Assembly (NCBI GenBank): GCA_027332905.1
Contig: DAHXGO010000001.1
Span: forward strand, 1-32,226
Reading direction: 5' to 3'
Length of the DNA stretch: 32,226 nt
From: Candidatus Micrarchaeota archaeon
Lineage (GTDB): Archaea > Micrarchaeota > Micrarchaeia > Micrarchaeales > Micrarchaeaceae
The stretch's first letter is position 1. Every line of letters begins with the position of its first letter. The notes under the pieces are model-generated. The model saw only the letters and a list, made by a program, of their open reading frames with translations, was not told where the DNA came from and ran no database searches. Below, in pieces: positions 26,043 to 32,226 of this stretch. The position numbers and the translations under genes are program-made.

Positions 26043-26216
26043 ATGAAATTTAGCGTAGAAGGATTTGTAGCAAGGAAAGGCATAAGGAAATTCAAAATCG
26101 AGGCGGAAGCAAGCAACGAGAAGCATGCTGCAGCGCTGGTAATAACAAAGATAGGAAGCAAGCAGGGAGTGAAGAAAAACGCCATAAAGATAGAGTCCGT
26201 AAAGAAGGTGGATTAA
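26043..26216 (+). CDS. rplX: 50S ribosomal protein LX / L18Ae (eL20)
   Basis: 57-aa ORF below the track cutoff: MKFSVEGFVARKGIRKFKIEAEASNEKHAAALVITKIGSKQGVKKNAIKIESVKKVD. Pattern and position (between aIF6 and prefoldin alpha) fit LX. Confidence 0.8.
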   Translation: MKFSVEGFVARKGIRKFKIEAEASNEKHAAALVITKIGSKQGVKKNAIKIESVKKVD

Positions 26217-26217
26217 A

Positions 26218-26649
26218 ATGGCGGATAATCCAAAGCCAGGCACTCAAAACAAAGATGAGATACTGTCGACGCTGAATTATCTTAGGGAACAGTACCAAAG
26301 CCAGTATTTTGAAGTAGGGCAGGCGCTCAACGCTGCGTTGGAAACGCTTACAGACCTGAATAATTCCAGGACTACTCTTGAGAGGGCGGATTTTGTAAGC
26401 AATAGGGAGTCGCTGATGCCTTTAGGGAGGTACGCATACGTCAACGCCAAGCTCGCAGATGTGAATTCTTTGATAGTCAGCGTAGGTGCGAATTATTTCT
26501 TAGAATATAATATAGATGAGGCAAAGGGGTTTATAAGCAAGTTACTGGACAGGCAAACCAAATTCATAAACCAGCTTATGAAGAGCAAGGGCGAACTGGA
26601 AAACGCATTGATTGATGTCACTGCAAGGCTCGATAGATTAACAGAGTAA
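26218..26649 (+). CDS. pfdA: Prefoldin alpha subunit
   Basis: 143 aa with coiled-coil ends flanking a central beta-hairpin region (LMPLGRYAYVNAKLADVNSLIVSVGANYFLEYNIDEA). The gene order is conserved. Confidence 0.85.
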   Translation: MADNPKPGTQNKDEILSTLNYLREQYQSQYFEVGQALNAALETLTDLNNSRTTLERADFVSNRESLMPLGRYAYVNAKLADVNSLIVSVGANYFLEYNIDEAKGFISKLLDRQTKFINQLMKSKGELENALIDVTARLDRLTE

Positions 26650-26657
26650 GTGTGTCC

Positions 26658-27827
26658 ATGTTTGATGAATTGAAAAAAAGGCTCTCCAGCGCAATAAAGG
26701 GCATAGTCAGAAAGGAAGAGGAGGAGATAGAAAAACCTCTGAAAAAGGAAGATGATGCAGGCAGGGAAGCGCCAAAACAGGATAAGGTTGATGCAGCACG
26801 TGACGCCCATGCAGAAGATGCAATTGAAGCTGAAGAGACCGCATACGCTGATGCACATGAAGAAAATGCCGCAGCAGGGCATCGTTCTGAGCAAGCAGGA
26901 AAAGGCAGGGAAGATGCGATAAGATTCTCGCTCGGCACTAGGATAAAGAGCAAGGTGCTTAGATCAGTAGCGCTCAACAATGATGATATAGCGCATTTCC
27001 TTGAAGCGCTTCAGGTATCGATGCTTGAATCTGATGTAGCATATGATACAACTGAAAAATTCATAGGCACACTTGACAGAAAACTGCATTCGCTCAGATT
27101 CGATTCAAATAATTTATCTGGAGGCATGATAGGCGCAGTACGCGAATCGCTTCTTGGCGTACTGAACACCAATAAAGGCAATATAAATCTCAATGGACTG
27201 ATAAACGCTTCGGTAAAGGAGGGCAAAACGCCCGTAAGGATTCTTTTTCTTGGACCTAATGGCGCAGGGAAAACGACAATGATTGCAAAGCTGGCGCACA
27301 TGCTGAAATCAAATGGAATAAGCTGTGTCATGTCGGCAAGCGACACATTTAGGGCGGCTGCCATAGAGCAGACAGAGTTCCATGCAAATAAGGTGGGGGT
27401 GCCGGTAATAAAAGGAAGTTATGGCGCAGATCCTGCGAGCGTAGCCTTTGACGCAATAGCATATGCAAAATCGCATAGGATAAGCGTGGTATTGATAGAC
27501 ACTGCAGGCAGGCAGGAGACAAACAAGAACCTGATTAGCGAGATACAAAAGATATCCAGGATCACCAAGCCTGACGCAACCATATTTATAGGCGAGAGCA
27601 CTTCAGGCAACAGGATAGCAGAACAGATAAAAGAGTTCAGCAAATCGGTAAAGATAGATGGGATCATATTGACAAAACTAGATTGCGACGCCAAAGGAGG
27701 AAGCGCGATATCGATATCAGACATAACGGGCATACCGATACTCTTCTTCGGCACAGGCGAATCATATGATGCATTGGTAGAATACAGGCCAGAATTTATA
27801 GCCGATGCGGTGCTGCCCAATAATTGA
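26658..27827 (+). CDS. ftsY: Signal recognition particle receptor FtsY
   Basis: MFDELKKRLSSAIKGIV..., then an acidic A-domain and an NG domain with LFLGPNGAGKTTMIAKLA, DTAGRQ and TKLDCDAKGG. ATG at 26658, or an in-frame GTG at 26652. Confidence 0.9.
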   Translation: MFDELKKRLSSAIKGIVRKEEEEIEKPLKKEDDAGREAPKQDKVDAARDAHAEDAIEAEETAYADAHEENAAAGHRSEQAGKGREDAIRFSLGTRIKSKVLRSVALNNDDIAHFLEALQVSMLESDVAYDTTEKFIGTLDRKLHSLRFDSNNLSGGMIGAVRESLLGVLNTNKGNINLNGLINASVKEGKTPVRILFLGPNGAGKTTMIAKLAHMLKSNGISCVMSASDTFRAAAIEQTEFHANKVGVPVIKGSYGADPASVAFDAIAYAKSHRISVVLIDTAGRQETNKNLISEIQKISRITKPDATIFIGESTSGNRIAEQIKEFSKSVKIDGIILTKLDCDAKGGSAISISDITGIPILFFGTGESYDALVEYRPEFIADAVLPNN

Positions 27828-27829
27828 AT

Positions 27830-27928
27830 CGCCAGGGTTGGGATTTGAACCCAAACTTCCTTTCGGAAACCAGATCTCGAGTTTCGCCTAATTAAAACTG
27901 GCGCGTTACCGGTTTCTGCCACCCTGGC
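27830..27928 (-). tRNA. Class II tRNA, best read as tRNA-Ser (CGA) with a 15-nt non-canonical intron (27883-27897) in the 5' strand of the anticodon stem
   Basis: Minus strand GCCAGGGTGGCAGAAACCGGTAACGCGCCAG[TTTTAATTAGGCGAA]ACTCGAGATCTGGTTTCCGAAAGGAAGTTTGGGTTCAAATCCCAACCCTGGCG. Elements: acceptor GCCAGGG/CCCTGGC, discriminator G, long variable arm TTCC-GAAA-GGAA, T-arm TTGGG-TTCAAAT-CCCAA. Removing the bracketed 15 nt gives stem CCAGA/TCTGG and loop CT-CGA-GA. Confidence 0.75.
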
Positions 27929-28036
27929 ATAAAAAAGCAATAAAAGATAGAGTTAAGAAAACATATAAAAGTAATGATTGATTATAAATATTTGCGGGTC
28001 GTAGATAATGGAATATACGTTTGACAGGGCATTTAG

Positions 28037-29584
28037 ATGAAAGACAAATTCTTCGGGGATGGTTTTAGCATTAGGGTAATTACCGTATTCCTATTTATAT
28101 TGCTATCCGCTGCAGGCCTTGCCTTTTCGTTTTACCTGTTTTCAGTAGCCAATACTACATATATATGGGCCATAGCGCTGGGCTTCTTCTTGCTGTCGCT
28201 TCTTTCAGGATTTTTCAACGTCTCTGCATCCATATTATATTACAGGTCTTACTTCTATGGCATATACCTTGAGAGGATTAAAAAGGGCTTAAAGCCGCTT
28301 ACAAATTTACCAACAGTAGCAGTAGTCGTGGCCGTTTATAATGAAGACGTAACTAGGGTAAAGAATACGTTGTTGGGATTGAAAAAAATGAATTACCCAG
28401 AAGACAAGATAAAATTTTACCTCCTTGATGATTCCACAAAGGAAAACGGCATAAATAAACTGTCAAAATTCTCGCGCGAAAACAAGATAGAGTATATACA
28501 TAGGAGCGCAAGGAATGGATTCAAGGCTGGCGCCCTAAACAACATGCTCAGCAAGTCTGGCGAGGAGTTCATTGCTATATTCGATTATGATGAAACGCTA
28601 ACAAATCCTGATTTTCTTATGGACACCCTACCGTACTTCCAAGATCCAAAGTTGGCTTATATACAGACTGAAAAGACACATAGGAAAGGAAATCTATTCT
28701 CTGATTCGGTAAAGATGTTCGACGCCTTTTTCTTCAAATTTATAGAACCGGCAAGGGCGTTGAACAATACTGCAATCTTTGCAGGTTCATGCGGTATAAT
28801 AAGGAGGAAGGCACTCGAGGCAACAAAGGGTTTCCCAGAATACATTATAGAGGATACATTCTTCAGCTTTGAATCGGACAGGATGCACTACAAAAGCCTT
28901 TACATACCAAAGGTTTATGCATTAGGCAAACCTATAAAAAAATTTACAGAATTGATAAAGCAGCAATGGCGCTACAACTACGGCGATACCCAGTTCATAA
29001 GCTACTTCTTCAAACGGAGGAAGAGCTTAAGGCGTTCGCCTCTGTCCCATATGGATTATATCGTCCACGGGTTTGGATTGAATTACATCTCGGTGACACT
29101 CATACTTTTTACTATAATATCAATATTCATAGTATTTTCATCGGTGCCATTCGTAAATTTGACCGTGCACCAAATCCTTCAGGCCAAATATCTTAGCACT
29201 GACTTAGAGATATTCGGAACGATGTCATTAATCCTGTCATTTTTCATACCGGTAGTGCTTACGAAGATATACTTCCATTCTGTCAAAAAAGGTTTTATGC
29301 TCTTTGGGCTTAATTTTGCCCTTGCATTCGTCAGGATGAAGGCTGCAGTAGCTGCTATATTAAGGATGAATCCAACGGTGCACTGGAATAGGCAAAGATC
29401 ATCGATGAAGAAAAACATACTGTTTTCGATAATGAATACAAAATTGGAGCTGACGTTCGCTGGAGCAATATTTGTATTGAGTTATTTTGCAATAATCACG
29501 GCACACCTGACTGGGGGAGTATGGCTGATGTGGTATGGCATAATGTACCTTTTCACCACAATATTTTTGTACAAATACGGTTGA
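28037..29584 (+). CDS. Membrane-integrated processive family 2 glycosyltransferase (CesA/NodC/HAS-like)
   Basis: Two N-terminal and about five C-terminal TM helices flank a GT-A domain. Motifs are VAVYNED, LLDDST, FDYDET, IIEDT and KQQWRYNYG, the last being a QxxRW-type motif with W replaced by Y. Confidence 0.75.
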   Translation: MKDKFFGDGFSIRVITVFLFILLSAAGLAFSFYLFSVANTTYIWAIALGFFLLSLLSGFFNVSASILYYRSYFYGIYLERIKKGLKPLTNLPTVAVVVAVYNEDVTRVKNTLLGLKKMNYPEDKIKFYLLDDSTKENGINKLSKFSRENKIEYIHRSARNGFKAGALNNMLSKSGEEFIAIFDYDETLTNPDFLMDTLPYFQDPKLAYIQTEKTHRKGNLFSDSVKMFDAFFFKFIEPARALNNTAIFAGSCGIIRRKALEATKGFPEYIIEDTFFSFESDRMHYKSLYIPKVYALGKPIKKFTELIKQQWRYNYGDTQFISYFFKRRKSLRRSPLSHMDYIVHGFGLNYISVTLILFTIISIFIVFSSVPFVNLTVHQILQAKYLSTDLEIFGTMSLILSFFIPVVLTKIYFHSVKKGFMLFGLNFALAFVRMKAAVAAILRMNPTVHWNRQRSSMKKNILFSIMNTKLELTFAGAIFVLSYFAIITAHLTGGVWLMWYGIMYLFTTIFLYKYG

Positions 29585-29588
29585 TACG

Positions 29589-29903
29589 ATGATATACGTA
29601 AAGATGCATGAATCAGATGATGGCGATATACTTGCGATGTGTGATGAATCGTTGATAGACAAAACATTGAGTGAGGGTGAAATGTTTATAGATGTAAAAG
29701 GGTATTCTGATTTTTATACTGGGGAACTGGTGGATGCGACAAACTATGAACTGCCGAGACTGGATGAGGTTATATCGTTTAATATAATAGGCGAGGAATC
29801 AGTAGGATTTTGCGTTAGGAATTCAATAATAGACATAGATAACGTTAAGGTTATAGAGGGAGTGCCTTTTGCGCATGCATATAAGGTCGACAAACCCAAA
29901 TGA
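29589..29903 (+). CDS. DUF424 family protein
   Basis: MIYVKMHESDDGDILAMCDESLIDKTLSEGEMFIDVKG..FYTGELV...NIIGEESV...GVPFAHAY follows the archaeal DUF424 pattern. It starts 4 nt after the GT2 stop. Confidence 0.7.
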   Translation: MIYVKMHESDDGDILAMCDESLIDKTLSEGEMFIDVKGYSDFYTGELVDATNYELPRLDEVISFNIIGEESVGFCVRNSIIDIDNVKVIEGVPFAHAYKVDKPK

Positions 29904-29904
29904 A

Positions 29905-30255
29905 TTATGCGCTTTGCTCGGATAGTTTCATTATTGCTTCCGCTATGTCGCCATTTGCAGATTCAAGTGCTTCCTTTGCTTTTGCATAATCGCGTATGCC
30001 TGATTTTTCCATGACCATTTTTATGTCGTCTTCGGACACATCTATTTTCACTTCATTCTGGTTTTCCGATATGTTGCCCGATATCTGGAAGCTTATAGAA
30101 CCCTGGGCGTCGATTTGCAGTATCTGCGGCTCTGAGACTATTATATCCTTGCCCGGGCATTTTATGATTACTTCGCTGGCTTCTATCTCTGACGATTTTA
30201 TGCCCATTTTTGCCATCATGTTTTTCAATGTCCTGGGATCTATGTTTGGCATCAT
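29905..30255 (-). CDS. nac: Nascent polypeptide-associated complex protein (archaeal NAC, with UBA domain)
   Basis: PRTLKNMMAKMGIKSSEIEASEVIIK...PQILQIDAQG is the NAC domain. The C-terminal UBA-like part is DDIKMVMEKSGIRDYAKAKEALESANGDIAEAIMKL. Confidence 0.9.
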   Translation of the reverse strand: MMPNIDPRTLKNMMAKMGIKSSEIEASEVIIKCPGKDIIVSEPQILQIDAQGSISFQISGNISENQNEVKIDVSEDDIKMVMEKSGIRDYAKAKEALESANGDIAEAIMKLSEQSA

Positions 30256-30323
30256 CCAATCACTTAATTACCATCTAACTGCATCTTATATTTATAATGC
30301 TTTCTTAAAATTATTATGATGCA

Positions 30324-30857
30324 ATGAACCATAGGCGAATTATAGGAAGAAAGAAATATGTGTTCAAAAAATACAGCAACATATATAGTTTAGCGTTTAA
30401 AATCGAGCGGCGCAGGCTGCTCACTGGAATGCGCGGCTTGGATATAATGATAGAGCACGTAGGAAGCACTGCAGTACGCGGCTTGGGGGGAAAAAACATA
30501 TTAGACATATTAGTAGGAATAAGAAGCGGAAGACGGGAGAGCATAAAAAGAAAAATAATAGAGTTACACTACGATTTTATAGAAACAAGTGGCAATGCAA
30601 GAAGGCTGTTTTTTGTCAGGGATGCCAAATACTCTGGAAAGGATATAAGGATGCATCTCCATCTGGTCAAATTCAATGGATATGAATGGAAGCAGAAGAC
30701 ATTATTCAGGGATTACTTGAAGAGGCACAGGAATGCAATGCTTGAATATGAAGACGTAAAGAAAAGGGCAGCAATGTTGGCTAAAGGCGATAAAGAAGCT
30801 TACATGAAGCTTAAGGAACGCTTCATAAACAGCACCATGAAGCGAGCTATGCGCTAG
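30324..30857 (+). CDS. GrpB family protein (nucleotidyltransferase fold)
   Basis: IEHVGSTAVRGLGGKNILDILVGI...RMHLHLV...FRDYLKRHRNAMLEYEDVKKR follows the GrpB pattern. Confidence 0.75.
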   Translation: MNHRRIIGRKKYVFKKYSNIYSLAFKIERRRLLTGMRGLDIMIEHVGSTAVRGLGGKNILDILVGIRSGRRESIKRKIIELHYDFIETSGNARRLFFVRDAKYSGKDIRMHLHLVKFNGYEWKQKTLFRDYLKRHRNAMLEYEDVKKRAAMLAKGDKEAYMKLKERFINSTMKRAMR

Positions 30858-30974
30858 TATTAAGCATATATAATGTGAACTCTGCAGACGACAGCAAACG
30901 ATTATGATTTACAAACAATGTTAGGCAATGGTATCCGATATTGTTTACTATTATTTGTGCAATATACTGCTTAT

Positions 30975-31385
30975 TTACAGCGAGCCGACGATTGACATAA
31001 GTTCTTTTGTCTTAAGAACTCTAACTCTCTTCTGCGGACCAAAATCATTATCATTGCTCCATATTACAGCATCCTCATACAATGCACATGCAAGATACAG
31101 CCAATCCTTTGGGTCTGCAATTAGGCTAGCAGCAGGATATAGGAAGGGTTTAAGGCTTTTGTCTGGCACAAATGTTATCTGAGCAAATACCTTCTGAATC
31201 ATGTGTAATAGCTCCTCGTCATTCATCCCTGACTTTTCCTTTATTTCTATGATGTGGGCTGCCAGTTCATCCTTGAGAAATTCTGGGGCAAAAAGTGTAA
31301 GTGTGGGGTTGAGAACCAGGCGCCTGGTAGTCGAATCCTTTATCAGGCAGGCAAACAGGATATTCGCATCAACTGTTACTCTCAT
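30975..31385 (-). CDS. vapC: PIN-domain toxin (VapC-like)
   Basis: MRVTVDANILFACLIKDS...DWLYLACALYEDAVIWSNDNDF carries PIN acidic residues (D6, E/D, SND.D). It overlaps the upstream small ORF by 17 nt. Confidence 0.75.
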   Translation of the reverse strand: MRVTVDANILFACLIKDSTTRRLVLNPTLTLFAPEFLKDELAAHIIEIKEKSGMNDEELLHMIQKVFAQITFVPDKSLKPFLYPAASLIADPKDWLYLACALYEDAVIWSNDNDFGPQKRVRVLKTKELMSIVGSL

Positions 31386-31611
31386 CGAGAAGCGCCTTTG
31401 CGTGCTTTGCCATGCTCTTCGATACCTTCTTTTCTATAAGTTTCCAGTCCTTCATAGTAAACTTGCTCTTTTCCGCTAGTTTTTCCAACTCTTTGAAATC
31501 GGCAAGTTTCTGCTCTATTATGTTTCTTACGGCACTTGACCATTTAATCGACGGATGTTTTTCCATATCTCGCCTAAGTTCTTCACTTACGACTAAAGTT
31601 ATGTTAGGCAT
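31369..31611 (-). CDS. Cognate antitoxin-like small protein (VapB-like)
   Basis: 80-aa ORF MPNITLVVSEELRRDMEKHPSIKWSSAVRNIIEQKL... has an RHH/CopG-like beta-strand-helix start. It lies immediately upstream of the PIN gene and overlaps it. Confidence 0.6.
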   Translation of the reverse strand: MPNITLVVSEELRRDMEKHPSIKWSSAVRNIIEQKLADFKELEKLAEKSKFTMKDWKLIEKKVSKSMAKHAKALLDESNS

Positions 31612-31616
31612 ATAAC

Positions 31617-31633
31617 CACATAATTATTATGTG
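31617..31633. promoter_or_regulatory. Palindromic putative operator of the VapBC-like pair
   Basis: CACATAAT-t-ATTATGTG has perfect 8-bp arms. It lies 6-22 nt upstream of the antitoxin ATG (31611, minus strand). Confidence 0.4.
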
Positions 31634-31644
31634 AATAAACATAT

Positions 31645-31821
31645 TTAATACCTACTATTTAAGCACGATGGTGACTCATACCCGGCTTTCTCGAAGTCCC
31701 CGAAGCCGAACACGTCCTTTGTGCTGCCGAAGACGCTGGCCCCCCTCTTCAGAAGCCCAGCTACCTCGTTGACGTTGCCCGACCCTATAGCGGCGAATAG
31801 CTGCTCGTTGAGGCTGCTCAT
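31645..31821 (-). CDS. Short GC3-rich ORF with a single ankyrin-repeat-like segment, possibly a foreign gene fragment
   Basis: MSSLNEQLFAAIGSGNVNEVAGLLKRGASVFGSTKDVFGFGDFEKAGYESPSCLNSRY. The segment L..A...GN...V..LL..GA.V matches the ankyrin consensus. Codons are strongly G/C-ending, unlike every neighbouring gene. Confidence 0.3.
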   Translation of the reverse strand: MSSLNEQLFAAIGSGNVNEVAGLLKRGASVFGSTKDVFGFGDFEKAGYESPSCLNSRY

Positions 31822-31966
31822 CTTACCAATAGTAGTTATGGATTGGAAGATACTTAAAAGTTGGCTCCATTCTAGCACCCCAAACCATAAGCCTTAATCT
31901 TCTATGACGTTCATTCGAACACTTAATCTTCAAGCCGTAGGTATATAAGCGGCCAGTGTTTGGATT

Positions 31967-32226
31967 CTAGTGTGATTTAAACTTCTTCTTCGCTCTTCTT
32001 CTAATCTTTTGTAAGTGATATTTCAGCATTAGTAAACGCAATATTATTACTGCGGTGATTGCCGCAGTTGCTATTATTAGTGCGGTGCTGCTTTCCAGCG
32101 CCATTGGCCCTTGTGCGACGATAGTTGGAACTGTTGTAGTATTAACGCTGATGGTTGTTGTAATTGTTGTTGGTACGATTTTCTGAAATATCCCTACAAT
32201 AGGATCCTTCGGCACCGTACACAGTA
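31967..32226 (-). CDS. C-terminal end of a surface-exposed protein (Thr-rich stalk, TM anchor, basic tail); 5' part lies outside the window
   Basis: ...IVPTTITTTISVNTTTVPTIVAQGP...STALIIATAAITAVIILRLLMLKYHLQKIRRRAKKKFKSH. The frame is open to the window edge, and the GTG at 32215 is probably internal. Confidence 0.5.
   Translation of the reverse strand, partial: LCTVPKDPIVGIFQKIVPTTITTTISVNTTTVPTIVAQGPMALESSTALIIATAAITAVIILRLLMLKYHLQKIRRRAKKKFKSH

Noticed and set aside
27830-27928. Reading the unspliced anticodon region of the class II tRNA as GCCAG-UU-UUA-A... (a UUA ochre-suppressor anticodon) or as UAA (tRNA-Leu).
   Set aside because: Both readings need a poor loop (U at position 37, or a U-U closing pair) and no sensible BHB. 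The discriminator is G (Ser-like) rather than the A expected for archaeal Leu. Excising 15 nt gives a perfect stem and a CU-CGA-GA loop, with BHB-like bulges at both junctions.
27419-27940. A 173-aa minus-strand ORF.
   Set aside because: It is antisense to the ftsY NG domain and runs through the tRNA-Ser gene.
1-32226. Scanned for CRISPR arrays, rRNA genes, IS elements and transposases, and long inverted or tandem repeats.
   Set aside because: None was found by eye. The only repeats are the short ones listed. A computational repeat search would be needed to exclude dispersed repeats shorter than about 15 nt.

Overview
Gene-dense archaeal chromosomal segment, moderately AT-rich. Archaeal hallmarks are GGTGA-type Shine-Dalgarno motifs, TTTAAATA-type TATA boxes and two intron-containing tRNAs. 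I call about 46 protein-coding genes or fragments, 3 tRNAs and a few small regulatory elements or repeats. All family assignments are made by eye from motifs; nothing was searched.

The backbone is housekeeping:
- the conserved archaeal clusters PIN(Fcf1-like)-rpoE'-spt4, aIF5A-S24e-S27ae, and S19e-PDCD5-like-L39e-L31e-aIF6-LX-prefoldin alpha-FtsY
- S8e, deoxyhypusine synthase, an aCPSF2-type beta-CASP RNase, ornithine carbamoyltransferase, ADP-forming acetyl-CoA synthetase (beta+alpha) and NAC

The more unusual content:
1. Three full-length FtsZ paralogues plus SepF lie within about 11 kb: a tandem divergent pair and one canonical copy.
2. A CDC48-like double AAA+ ATPase is fused to a polytopic membrane domain of about 350 aa.
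3. A class II tRNA only makes sense as tRNA-Ser(CGA) if it carries a 15-nt non-canonical intron in the anticodon stem.
4. A small orphan protein is translationally coupled between S8e and argF. Its C-terminus resembles the ribosomal stalk (P1) tail.
5. There is a tail-anchored double winged-helix protein.
6. There is a processive (CesA/NodC-like) glycosyltransferase.

Both window edges look accessory. The left edge has a RelE-type TA pair and a possible integrase remnant abutting tRNA-Asp. The right edge has GrpB, a VapBC-like pair with a palindromic operator, a short GC3-rich foreign-looking ankyrin-like fragment, and the C-terminal anchor of a surface protein.

I saw no CRISPR array, rRNA or intact mobile element, and no clear-cut multi-gene defence system. 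The FtsZ/SepF neighbourhood and the membrane AAA+ are my best candidates for new biology.
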